Source of the DNA: Verrucomicrobiota bacterium
GTDB taxonomy: Bacteria; Verrucomicrobiota; Kiritimatiellia; RFP12; UBA1067
NCBI GenBank assembly: GCA_050874585.1
Contig: JBNMKZ010000008.1
Location: 344-64,343 of the forward strand
Reading direction: 5' to 3'
Length of the DNA stretch: 64,000 nucleotides
The position numbers and the translations under genes were made by a program. Shown here one piece after another: positions 21,772 through 31,481 of this stretch. The notes under the pieces were generated by a model that saw nothing but the letters and a program-made list of their open reading frames with translations, searched no databases and was not told where the DNA came from. How positions within the stretch are numbered: position 1 is the first letter of the stretch; the number at the start of each line of letters is the position of its first letter.

Positions 21772-23046
21772 TCATGCACCCATAAGGATGTCTGGCTCAA
21801 GCAAGAATGGAATGACTCCAACAAAGACAACACCTTCCGCATTTTGCCAAAGTCGCTCGTTCCCTCCCGTGATGACGATGCGGCGAAAGAAGTCATCCGC
21901 CTTTCTAAACGGACGAATTTCACTCGCAAGTTTCCCATGGTCATCAATGTTTAAGGCTGACTGAATGTAGACACGTCTGAACCCGCTATTAACGACAAAA
22001 TCAATCTCAAGTTCCTTGCGGACGCTCTTCCCCTTCTCGTCTTTCTCCACTGTCTGCACAACACCAACATCAACGCTGTACCCACGACGCAGCAATTCGC
22101 AATAAATCACATTCTCCATCAAATGAGTCCGCTCAATTTGCCGAAAATTGAGTCTCGCGTTTCGCAGCCCCGTGTCAACGCAATAGTACTTGGCCGCACC
22201 TTCGAGATACTTTCGCCCCTTCACATCATAACGCAAGGTTTTCTCAAATAAGAAAGAACGGCACAGAATCTCCAGATAACGCGCAACGGTCTGCGGACAA
22301 GCCGACAATGCCGCCGTTGTTGTCAGAGTATCCGAAATGCGCTTGGCATTGGTCAACCCACCGATGGCAGTTGAAATGACATCACAAACGGCACCAAGGG
22401 CCACTTCGTTCTTTAACGAATACCGCTCCACAATATCCGCGAAATAGACGCGCCCAAACAAACTTTTGAGATAAGATTCACGCGAACGCTGGTCGGGCGA
22501 CAAAACTGCCAATGGCATCCCGCCCCAGACAAGATAATCCTCCCACGCATCGGACTTTTCCTTTCCGCCAATCTGGTAATACTCCGCAAACGAAAGTGGC
22601 CACAGGCGAATCACGGTACCCCGATCTCGGAAATTCGTCGCAATATCTTCGGACAGCATTTCCGAATTGGAACCCGTCACATAGACATCCGCCTTTTTCA
22701 TCAATGTCGTCAGAACATCATAAAATGTTACGCCATCTCCCTCAAGCGGCTTGCACTCTTGAATCTCATCAATAAGTACGTACATCTGTCGCCCATCAGA
22801 AAGCAACCGTTCCTTGACATATAACGAAAGCGCACGCGGATTGCGCAGAAATTCAAATTCGTCCTCATCAAGCCGAACCTCAATAATCTGCTCGTCGGCA
22901 ACGCCCGCTTCGCGCAGATAGTCCCGGAAGATATTGAAGAGAAAGTAACTCTTTCCACAACGCCGAATGCCAGTAATCACCTTCACAAGGCCATTCAGCA
23001 TAAATTTTCTAATCTGGTCAAGATAGAACTTTCTTTCGATTCTCAT
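21772..23046 (-). CDS. AAA+ ATPase (AAA_14 + DUF4143 type)
   Basis: GIRRCGKS, LIDEIQ, VTGSNS, KYYCVDTG, EIDFVV. Confidence 0.92.
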   Translation of the reverse strand: MRIERKFYLDQIRKFMLNGLVKVITGIRRCGKSYFLFNIFRDYLREAGVADEQIIEVRLDEDEFEFLRNPRALSLYVKERLLSDGRQMYVLIDEIQECKPLEGDGVTFYDVLTTLMKKADVYVTGSNSEMLSEDIATNFRDRGTVIRLWPLSFAEYYQIGGKEKSDAWEDYLVWGGMPLAVLSPDQRSRESYLKSLFGRVYFADIVERYSLKNEVALGAVCDVISTAIGGLTNAKRISDTLTTTAALSACPQTVARYLEILCRSFLFEKTLRYDVKGRKYLEGAAKYYCVDTGLRNARLNFRQIERTHLMENVIYCELLRRGYSVDVGVVQTVEKDEKGKSVRKELEIDFVVNSGFRRVYIQSALNIDDHGKLASEIRPFRKADDFFRRIVITGGNERLWQNAEGVVFVGVIPFLLEPDILMGA

Positions 23047-23894
23047 TCTTAAATATTCCGTAGAAATCTACAAAACATTCAAATGACACCACATCTCATC
23101 GCCTCCCGTCAACCCCGCCACACCAAGCATAGACACTCCCAACTAACGAAACATGGATATTATGCCATATTTAGCGCATCAGAAACGAAAGAATCAAAGA
23201 TTATTTATCGAAATTGAATAATTATTCACCCACCATTAGCCTTCATGCGTTTTTCCCGTCGCCTCAAGACCTGTGCCGTCCGACCCGACACCCCCACCTG
23301 CGTCAAAATAAGCACGCCAGCCATTCTTATTCCTCCATTTTTGTCGAAATAAGAAAAAAACGGTCTCCGCAAATGCTTATTTCAACACGCGGCCGATCTC
23401 ACTGCGGCAAAATGAAAAACAAAAACCTCTCGCGCCAGCAAAAGCACATTCAGCGAAAGAAGCGTCTCTTCATTTTGCTGCGCTCAGGCTCTTGTGGCTC
23501 GCATATCACCGCGCCTCGCCCTGCGCCGTCCGCGCCGTCGCCCACGCGGGATTCTGCACCCAGCACTCCACTCGTGGGCACGGCTCATCCGCGAATGTCC
23601 CTCGCGAATCGGCTTCCTCATGAGAAAATCTGCAAATATCCGCTGCTGACGAACCATCATCAGCGTCTTCGGCCCCTTCAGTCCGTTGCCCTCGTGGCCG
23701 TACTTACGCACACGCTTCAACTCGCAGAAAAAGCGGAAATTGGCTGTCCGGGGGGCCTGCGCGAGACGAAGGTCTGGCCAACTCTCCACTATAGCCAAGA
23801 CGACAGATTGCGTTTCCACATCTGAACCTGCGGAAACGTCGACAAAATGACAATAGCACATAGGCAGAAATGGCCCCGAACAGGCAAACCGAAA

Positions 23895-23974
23895 ATGATG
23901 CTGTTCTCCAACACGGGAGACGCTGTTCTCTCGATCGGGAGAACAGCGTCTCTTGATTGAGAGAACAGCGTCTC
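23895..23974. repeat. Four 14-bp GAGA-N6-TCTC units at exact 22-bp period, in mixed orientation
   Basis: Units at 23895 (degenerate), 23917 gagacgctgttctc, 23939 and 23961 gagaacagcgtctc. Confidence 0.9.
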
Positions 23975-24212
23975 TCGGTCAGGGAGTCATCCGTCCCACA
24001 CACATAGGGAGAATTCCATGTCCCCTTCTCCTCTCTATATAGGGCAACGACACGCCCACCTATTTGATTGCACACAAGACAAGGACTCTTACGCTTCCCC
24101 GGTAGCCACATTGTCCCATCACCATCCGTTCCACCGACAACCCGTCCCTGCAAGGGACCGGCGAAGGACTCCACCATGTAACGGAATCGACACTTGTCGC
24201 GACTTCAGAAAC

Positions 24213-24249
24213 GGTGGGTCTCGTGAATGCAAAATCACCGAGACCCACC
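24213..24249. repeat. REP-like hairpin
   Basis: ggtgggtctcg-tga..tca-c-cgagacccacc. Confidence 0.7.
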
Positions 24250-24313
24250 CCCACGGAAGCGCGGCGCGTGCCGCGCACGTCGGGATAACCAACAACAAGA
24301 AAGGAAACAACAA

Positions 24314-25039
24314 ATGACAAGCAAACCCAAACTCAAGTACCGGATCATCCCCGGCAAAAACCCCCACACGGGCATCGCCCTCCTGCGGCCAATCATCGCC
24401 GAGCGCGAGACCCTGCGCACCGACCAGGTCGTCGAGTACGCCCTCAAGGCCGGCTACGTGCGCGGACAGTTCCACGACATGCGCGGCGCACTCAACGGCT
24501 TCATCGAGGCCATCCAGCAGCTCGGCCGCGACGGCAAGAGCGTCAACCTCAGCGACTGGCTGCGCATCCACGGCGAGCTCACCGGCTCGGTGGACGCCAC
24601 GCGCCAGCTCGGACCGAAGAACGGCTACAAGGTCGTCATCTCCCCGCTCAAGGAGCTGAAGCGGTCCGTCTCGGACTTCAGCTGGACGAACGTGGACGAT
24701 CCGGCGGCGGCCGTCAAGGTGGACCACGTGTACGCGGCGGGCTCCAGCGCGGACGGCGTGGTCGAGAAGTCCAAGCGCATCGTGGTGAACGGGCGGAACC
24801 TCGCGTACGACGCGGCGCTCGGCGACCAGGTGGTCATCGCGTGGACGGACGCGGAGGGCGAGGCGCAGAACGCGGCGCTCACGCCGGTGGAGTCGGACGC
24901 ATACCGCATGGCGTTCGAGTGGCCGGCATCGCTGAGCGAGCTTGAGAGCGGCGCGGCGCTGACGCTGACCTTCACCCTGCACGGCGGCGTGAAGGACTCT
25001 CCCGCCCAAATCGTCGTCAAGAAGCTGACGCTCGGCTAA
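24314..25039 (+). CDS. HU-like DNA-binding domain protein with Ig-like C-terminal domain (DUF4469-like)
   Basis: AAGGA RBS; GKSVNLSDWLRI HU-like segment; IVVNGRNL Ig-like motif; very high GC at third codon positions. Confidence 0.7.
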   Translation: MTSKPKLKYRIIPGKNPHTGIALLRPIIAERETLRTDQVVEYALKAGYVRGQFHDMRGALNGFIEAIQQLGRDGKSVNLSDWLRIHGELTGSVDATRQLGPKNGYKVVISPLKELKRSVSDFSWTNVDDPAAAVKVDHVYAAGSSADGVVEKSKRIVVNGRNLAYDAALGDQVVIAWTDAEGEAQNAALTPVESDAYRMAFEWPASLSELESGAALTLTFTLHGGVKDSPAQIVVKKLTLG

Positions 25040-25064
25040 CGAATGCAAAATTAACCAATGGGCG

Positions 25065-25107
25065 AACCTGCCTCGCTCGCGTTGTCAAGGCGCGAGTGAG
25101 ACAGGTT
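25065..25107. terminator. Imperfect hairpin between convergent genes
   Basis: aacctgcctcgctcgcg...cgcgagtgagacaggtt. Confidence 0.55.
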
Positions 25108-25156
25108 GACAGGGGGTTTGTATCCCTTTCCCAATTCTGATCACCCCACTTCGGCT

Positions 25157-26437
25157 CTAACCCTCTAATATTTCCCCATACGCACTCATCAGTTGGTCAA
25201 CCACCGTCTGAGGATTGTAACGGCGCAAAGCCGTCTCATACGCATTTCTTGCACAGTTCCGTGCAAAGTCCCTATCCGAAAACAGTCGGTCAATTGCCGC
25301 CGCCAGTGATGCGGGATCTCCACTCGGGACAAGAAGCCCCTCCTTGCCATTCTCCAGAAGTGAAGGAACACCACCGACATAGGTCGCTACACTCGGCACT
25401 CCGCTCAACATCGCCTCTCCCAGTGAATTCGGGCTATTCTCAATCATTGACGGCAGAACAAAAATCTCGGACTGCGCAAGTTCCTCTGCTACCGCTTGAT
25501 CTGAAAGACTCGGCAGCAAGCGAACATTATCACAAAGGTCCAATCGCACAACCTCTGACCACAAAAAATCATCGTACTCACCACGTCGGAGTCTGTCGAA
25601 AATCCCCCGTACCGGCAGAATTTTCTTTCCTGCCGCAATCGTTAGCCGAATGTCCCCGTACTTCGACTTCAATGCCGCAACCGCTCTCAGCAGCCAATGC
25701 CCCCCCTTCAGGGGATAAGAAACAGCCGCCGAGCAATAGATGGAGTGAGGAACGATGCTGTCCTCATGCCTGTTATTTGAATAGAACGGAGTCCGCAGTA
25801 CTTCACCAACCTCGTGATAGACCGCTGAAGGACAGAGGTAGTTAACCCATGCGCGATCCCATTGTGTCCGCCCCAGATAATGCCTGAAATTCGCAAAACA
25901 ACGTCGCTCACCAACACCACCACGCTCTTCGCGCCAAATTCGTGCAATATCGGACACCTTCGTAAGCCCCAGCCATTTGCGCAACACGAAACGATGGCGA
26001 GCCAGTTCCTCCTCCGAAAGCCCACCCATATAATGCGCACAGTAACCCAAGATAATTCCCTGGACGGAAACCACGCGTTTTACATTCCCCCAAACCCAGC
26101 CGGGCATCGCCGCAAAAACACCCTCCGTACCATGCACATGAACTAAATTGGGTTTCTCTTCTGCAATACAGGCCTGAACGGCATGCGCGAATGGCGCTGA
26201 CGGAAGTCCCGCAAGGCGATTGTAGCGGAAAGTTCCAAGGGAGATGTACTTTACTCCGCCAATAGACCTGACAGTACGTGCGGAACCTTCGCTTGCAATT
26301 ACCAGTTCCAAGGATGGCTGATAGTTCCGAAGTGCTGAAACAAGAGCAGGAAGCCACCCATTTATGTTCTTTTGCTCCGCACCAAGCACCTCCGCAAACT
26401 CAGGCAACATAATACTAGTGAACCAAAGCACCTTCAT
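25157..26437 (-). CDS. Glycosyltransferase family 4
   Basis: VHVHGTE, PSMIENSPNSLGEAM. Confidence 0.92.
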   Translation of the reverse strand: MKVLWFTSIMLPEFAEVLGAEQKNINGWLPALVSALRNYQPSLELVIASEGSARTVRSIGGVKYISLGTFRYNRLAGLPSAPFAHAVQACIAEEKPNLVHVHGTEGVFAAMPGWVWGNVKRVVSVQGIILGYCAHYMGGLSEEELARHRFVLRKWLGLTKVSDIARIWREERGGVGERRCFANFRHYLGRTQWDRAWVNYLCPSAVYHEVGEVLRTPFYSNNRHEDSIVPHSIYCSAAVSYPLKGGHWLLRAVAALKSKYGDIRLTIAAGKKILPVRGIFDRLRRGEYDDFLWSEVVRLDLCDNVRLLPSLSDQAVAEELAQSEIFVLPSMIENSPNSLGEAMLSGVPSVATYVGGVPSLLENGKEGLLVPSGDPASLAAAIDRLFSDRDFARNCARNAYETALRRYNPQTVVDQLMSAYGEILEG

Positions 26438-27633
26438 TTCTCTACCTCCCGATAGATCGTCATCAACTGTTTATAGTTCTGTTCGGGCGAAAAGCGGTTT
26501 TCGTAATCTTCCCGTGCAGCGCAACACATCCGTCGATAGTCTGCTTCGCCCAAACGAACCATCCGAAGCAAGGCCGTAGCAAGAGCTGGCGCATCTCCAG
26601 CCTTAAAGACAAAACCTGTTCGACCATCCTCAACTAAACTTGACAATGCACCAAGATCAGACACCACACAGGGAGTCGCTGCAGCAAACGCCTCTAGAAT
26701 CGTCATCGGCATTCCCTCGTAGCACTCACTCGGCAAAACACATACACGAACCATCGCCAATTCTTTCCGCACTTCCGCATTGTCCCTTCTTCCCCAAAAC
26801 TCAACAGGAAGACCCGTCGCCAATCGTTCATAAGAGGAACGGCAATCACCATTCCCGATAATGACCAACTTGGGGCACTCTCCTGCCAGCACTCCACGCC
26901 GCCATTCAACTAAAACAAGTCGCCACGCCAAAATCAATGTCTTCAATCCCTTCTCATCACTCAATCGGCCCACATAGAGAACCACATTTCTACGCAACGC
27001 TTCGTCATTCGGGCAAGGGGCTGACATAACGAAATTTGACTTTATTCTCATCTTCTCTGAAGAAAGGTTAGCACTCATCATCTGCTTCTGAAACTCACTA
27101 AATACAATAAAACGCGACACCCATCTCGCAACAAATAGACGATAAAGCGCGATAGAAAGGGAAATTGGCAATGTGGCCAAAAAACTCTTCCGATAGCACC
27201 GATGTCGCAATCCTGGGCATACGCTTTGCCCCCTTATACAAAGCGTACAGATGGAGCCATCCCGCATCGGAATCCCTGCCGCACAGACAAGCCGATAGTT
27301 GTGAAGGGTCATCACGACAGGCGCAAGTTTAGCCACCGCACGTACTGTCCAAAGGCTGATTAATGGGAATGTGTTGTGAAAGTGAACGATGTCAGGCCTG
27401 AATGCACGGCACTGTCGCGCCAGCGCTCGGGCGGCGAACGGATTGCAAATCGTGCTAAACGCGCCAACAATTTTCCCCCACAACCCCCTCCCGCGTATCG
27501 TATCCGAATGCCGCGTAAATGTCTGAACCTCGTGCCCATGCGCCCGTAACAGATCGCGTTCCGCCTCAAAGACGACATTTTCCCCCGACGGCGCAGATGT
27601 CCCGTAGTAGTTATGGACAAGAAGTATGCGCAT
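26434..27633 (-). CDS. Glycosyltransferase family 4
   Basis: HNYY..SGE, YVGRLSDEKG, YEGMPMTILEAF. Confidence 0.93.
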   Translation of the reverse strand: MRILLVHNYYGTSAPSGENVVFEAERDLLRAHGHEVQTFTRHSDTIRGRGLWGKIVGAFSTICNPFAARALARQCRAFRPDIVHFHNTFPLISLWTVRAVAKLAPVVMTLHNYRLVCAAGIPMRDGSICTLCIRGQSVCPGLRHRCYRKSFLATLPISLSIALYRLFVARWVSRFIVFSEFQKQMMSANLSSEKMRIKSNFVMSAPCPNDEALRRNVVLYVGRLSDEKGLKTLILAWRLVLVEWRRGVLAGECPKLVIIGNGDCRSSYERLATGLPVEFWGRRDNAEVRKELAMVRVCVLPSECYEGMPMTILEAFAAATPCVVSDLGALSSLVEDGRTGFVFKAGDAPALATALLRMVRLGEADYRRMCCAAREDYENRFSPEQNYKQLMTIYREVEK

Positions 27634-28177
27634 CACTCAAAATCCTTGAAATATCCACGCACCGCACCATATTTGGCATGGACAACACCTGGATTGCCAA
27701 CCACAACAGAATGGTCTGGCACATCAAAGTTGACGAAAGCACCCGGGCGATGAAAACATCATTCCCGATTGTGACACCACCGCAAATGGTGGCATTTAAG
27801 CCCACGACAACAAAACGCCTCAATTTCGGGACACCCTTTCTTTTGCCAGTTCGAATATCACCCAGTGTAGAGCCTTTAAAGAGCAGACAATTTCCTTCAA
27901 TCACGACCTTGCTATTGACAGTGATTCCATAAGCATGACCAAGGACTACCCCCCCCCCTATTCTACTAGAATACTTCATCTCTATTCCACGCCGACGCGA
28001 CATCAGCAGAAAGAGGAATCGCGCAAGGCCTGCCCATCTCGCTTCACCAAGACGGCCAAAATAAATCATCAACCAGGACGCCTGCGTCAAGATGCGCCAA
28101 ATGCTCCGAAACCTCAATGGTTCATTTAGGGCTAGTTCATAATCCTGCCGAAATTTTGGTGGAACCAATCTTATCAT
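27611..28177 (-). pseudogene. Hexapeptide O-acetyltransferase (CysE-like) with a frameshift near 27746
   Basis: IGGGVVLGHAYGITVN, ICGGVTIGNDVFIA; the conserved tail PGAFVNFDVPDHSVVVGNPG lies in another frame. Confidence 0.8.
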
Positions 28178-29271
28178 TTCCTTTCAGCCTCCCAAGCCCA
28201 TTCCTGTACCGATGCACGAAGCCGATTGGAAACCAAAGAGCCCGATGACCTCCCAAGAGCCAATACACGCTTCAATTTTATGGAAAAGTCTTGCACATCT
28301 CCAGTCCTGAAAACAGCTCCGTTCCTTTCCGTGATGAGGTCTTTTGCCCCCACTCTATCCGAAACAAGGCACGGAGTCCCCAATTGAAGCGCTTCGCCGA
28401 CAACCGCACCGTAGGGCTCGTACCAACTCGGCAAGACAAGGCAATCGGCCATGGACATCATTTCATAAACGCCACGGCCCTCCCTTCTCCCTGCGAAGAA
28501 GATATTCGCCATCCGCAATTGGGCCGCCGTTTTCTTGAGACGCTCTTCCAGGGGCCCGCTGCCAACAATCACAAGGGCAATTTCAGTTGAACCCCCAAGT
28601 CTGCCAAGTTGAGTCAGGAGCCAATCGACACCCTTTTCCACCACAAGACGCCCGACAAACAAGACGACCTTCGAAAACTGATGGGTGCTCTTCTGCCGCC
28701 ATTTCACTCCAGCCAGGACAGCCGTTTTGGCCTCCGCCCGAATCTCCGCCTCCTCGTGCAGGATTGGGACGACATGATACCGAATCCTCGCACCTTTCGG
28801 CGTGATGGATTCATAAGCGATCTTCGTCTCCTCATTTGTCAGGATTATCCCATCCAACAACCGGATGAAGATCCAGCGCAGGAACGCCTTAAGACCGCTT
28901 CGCGCCCTGAACATCTCCAAATTGTCATCTGACAATGTATAGAGCTTGAATCTTCTGCGGAAGAAAAACCGATATAAGGCCAACGAAATGGTCACCAAAC
29001 TGTATTCGCACCCGAGAACAATGTCGGGGTTCGTTTTTCTCACCTTTCGGATGGCCCCAATCCGATAGCGCCGGCCGCGCCATGTCACTCCCCGCAGCAG
29101 GTATGAGACCCGGCATCTCAGCCTTTTGACAAGGTGCTCTTGATTGAACTTCTGGTTCAGCAGATTCGTGTCAAACAACATCAGTTCCACATCAAAAAAA
29201 CCAGCGAGTGCATTGAAGAAATCAATGCGATACGGTGCCAGCGCCTGATGAAAGACAAGCAGTCTCTTCAT
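28174..29271 (-). CDS. Glycosyltransferase family 4
   Basis: LAPYR, FVGRLVVEKG, EPYGAVVGEAL. Confidence 0.92.
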   Translation of the reverse strand: MKRLLVFHQALAPYRIDFFNALAGFFDVELMLFDTNLLNQKFNQEHLVKRLRCRVSYLLRGVTWRGRRYRIGAIRKVRKTNPDIVLGCEYSLVTISLALYRFFFRRRFKLYTLSDDNLEMFRARSGLKAFLRWIFIRLLDGIILTNEETKIAYESITPKGARIRYHVVPILHEEAEIRAEAKTAVLAGVKWRQKSTHQFSKVVLFVGRLVVEKGVDWLLTQLGRLGGSTEIALVIVGSGPLEERLKKTAAQLRMANIFFAGRREGRGVYEMMSMADCLVLPSWYEPYGAVVGEALQLGTPCLVSDRVGAKDLITERNGAVFRTGDVQDFSIKLKRVLALGRSSGSLVSNRLRASVQEWAWEAERK

Positions 29272-29278
29272 GTCGCCA

Positions 29279-30157
29279 TCATCTCCCTCTACACGACTCA
29301 GGGCCAAGCCACCAAGCGTAATGACAACCTAAGCCATGCGTTGGATGCCGATCCTTCTCGGGTGGCAGTTTCCGATAGTCCCATTTGTAATACTCGTTCC
29401 TAAGAAAAGCATCAACATCGCACGGAACCACAATTTGCCGACCATCAAATTCAGCTGCGCACCCAGTCCCCCAAACCTCACGCTTGAGAGGCGCACGGCG
29501 AAAGACATTGAGAGAGGAACATGCCCTCCCTGTATAATCGGATTCGTCAAATCCATAGTGCCTGAGCAATCTCTCACAATATGCCAAGCATCTTCGTTGA
29601 TTCAACCACGGGAAAACAGCCGAAAGAAGGAATCCCAAAATCCACGCACAACGCCCTCTTCTTGTCTGGCTCAAGAACCGTGTGCATCGAAACCGAACCA
29701 CGCACGCCATGAAAGAAGACACACAAGTTATCTTCCATTTATCCCAAAAGCCCGTCGGATACCCGTCAATTGGAAACACATCAACAAAGAGTCCGTTGCT
29801 GAGCGTAAATTCCAGAGATTTTTCAATTGAACTGACCTTCTCTTCCCGGAGATCCTGAACCTTACCAAAAAGATAAATAGCATGCGACTCGTCCCGATAA
29901 TCCCAAAACCTCAGATGCTGCGGCAATTCCGCATTCGCAATCTTTCGGAATTTCTCATAATCTGGACGCGGCATGGAAATATCTATATCATCGTCCCAAG
30001 GGATGAAACCTTTATGTCTGACAGCCCCTAACGCCGTTCCGTCAGTCGCATAATAACGCAACCCATGCCGATTGCAGATTTTTACAATCTCGGAGTATAT
30101 TTCCAAGCCTGCGTTCCAAAGGGGACGCAATCCAAACGGATCGTCTGATGATCTCAT
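29279..30157 (-). CDS. licD: LicD family phosphotransferase
   Basis: GTALGAVRHKGFIPWDDDIDISMPR, VDVFPID. Confidence 0.93.
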   Translation of the reverse strand: MRSSDDPFGLRPLWNAGLEIYSEIVKICNRHGLRYYATDGTALGAVRHKGFIPWDDDIDISMPRPDYEKFRKIANAELPQHLRFWDYRDESHAIYLFGKVQDLREEKVSSIEKSLEFTLSNGLFVDVFPIDGYPTGFWDKWKITCVSSFMACVVRFRCTRFLSQTRRGRCAWILGFLLSAVFPWLNQRRCLAYCERLLRHYGFDESDYTGRACSSLNVFRRAPLKREVWGTGCAAEFDGRQIVVPCDVDAFLRNEYYKWDYRKLPPEKDRHPTHGLGCHYAWWLGPESCRGR

Positions 30158-30588
30158 TTAGCCGCAACCCTCTCTTTCAACTGCGAAGTCGAAATCCCCT
30201 TTGTGTAGGGTAGATATTCAATTGACACCCCCAACAGGGCGAAATCCTTCTCGGTCTTCAAATAACGAGCAGAACCCTTCCAGTCATCACCTGAGAAAAG
30301 GACATCGAATCCGAAACGCTTTTGCGCCAACAACTTGTCGTCCGTCTCCTGAATTGAGACAAGTTGCGCATCATCAACAACTTTCAAAGCTTTCAACATA
30401 CGCACACGGTCTTCGGCTGGAACCACCGGAATTTTATGCTTGACATCGTGCACATAAGTATCATCACAAACACCGACAATTAGACACTCACACATTGACT
30501 TGCATCGCTCAAGGAGATTCAAGTGTCCAACATGGAGCAAATCAAAAACACCACATGTATACCCAACTTTATATTTTTTCGACATCAT
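30154..30588 (-). CDS. tagD: Glycerol-3-phosphate cytidylyltransferase-like
   Basis: GVFDLLHVGH, GDDWKG, YTKGISTS. Confidence 0.85.
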   Translation of the reverse strand: MMSKKYKVGYTCGVFDLLHVGHLNLLERCKSMCECLIVGVCDDTYVHDVKHKIPVVPAEDRVRMLKALKVVDDAQLVSIQETDDKLLAQKRFGFDVLFSGDDWKGSARYLKTEKDFALLGVSIEYLPYTKGISTSQLKERVAAK

Positions 30589-30632
30589 GGAACCTCCATC
30601 CTATCTTTTCTTAACGCGAAACACCATTTCCC

Positions 30633-31481
30633 TCACTTCACAATCCTTGGACGGGCCCTCCTCTTCCAGAAAGCCCAATGCCGAGGAAAAATCACATGGA
30701 TATGCTGCTGAAACAAAATGCGCATGGCATACACTATGCCAAAATGGCGCAAATTGTACCTGAAAAAGACAAAAGGCTCGGGGCCGCCAATTGGCGAATA
30801 GAGGTTCTTGAGCCGACGAACGAATGGAACTGTAGCATCCATCCAGGGGGCGATTTTTTTCCGATCATCGCATATCCCAGCATAAGAAGGCATCTGATAC
30901 ATTCTAATGCCTTTCGAATAGGCGCGATAACCATAATCGAAATCACCTAAGGCATGTGTAAAATAGGCTGGAAAGTTTCCCAAAACACGAAAGACGGATT
31001 GCGGAACCCAGACAAAATTGCCATTAATTGTATGCACGGATTCCCACTTTCCTGACGGATCGACCAAGTGCCGCGCAGCATTGCGGCCCGCATAAGTCGT
31101 TCGATTCTCATACGGGGACATCGTCGCTCCAACCAACAATGCATCACGAAGATAGGGGCTTGAAAACAGAACCTTAAACGCATCCTCTCTTAAATATGTA
31201 TCATCATTCAGCCAAAGATAACCATCGTAGGCAATACCGCTTGCAATCGCCACACTCCATGCTCGTCGCATTCCACCACACCAGTAGTCATGGCCCGATC
31301 CTCGGATTACGCGCACACTGGGATAAGCCGTCTTCACCCGATCGCCAGTCCCGTCCGTGGAAGCGTCATCATTCAGGTAAACCGACACGTCAAACCCTTC
31401 GGCCGCACGAAAGAGATGCGCGAGACACGACAAGGTCGTCTCCACACGATTAAAGCATGTCATCAAGACTGCAACTTTCAC
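30633..31481 (-). CDS. Glycosyltransferase family 2
   Basis: DDASTDGT, WLNDDT, GDFDYG. Confidence 0.93.
   Translation of the reverse strand: MKVAVLMTCFNRVETTLSCLAHLFRAAEGFDVSVYLNDDASTDGTGDRVKTAYPSVRVIRGSGHDYWCGGMRRAWSVAIASGIAYDGYLWLNDDTYLREDAFKVLFSSPYLRDALLVGATMSPYENRTTYAGRNAARHLVDPSGKWESVHTINGNFVWVPQSVFRVLGNFPAYFTHALGDFDYGYRAYSKGIRMYQMPSYAGICDDRKKIAPWMDATVPFVRRLKNLYSPIGGPEPFVFFRYNLRHFGIVYAMRILFQQHIHVIFPRHWAFWKRRARPRIVK

Noticed and set aside
23306-23382. Alternating aaataag/cttatt motifs
   Set aside because: Irregular spacing; could be chance in AT-rich sequence
23895-23974. CRISPR interpretation of the short repeat arrays
   Set aside because: 14-bp units, 8-bp spacers, mixed orientation and no cas genes
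23214-24177. ORFs in the region between the AAA ATPase and the HU-like gene
   Set aside because: No motifs, no RBS, mutually overlapping; likely non-coding or decayed
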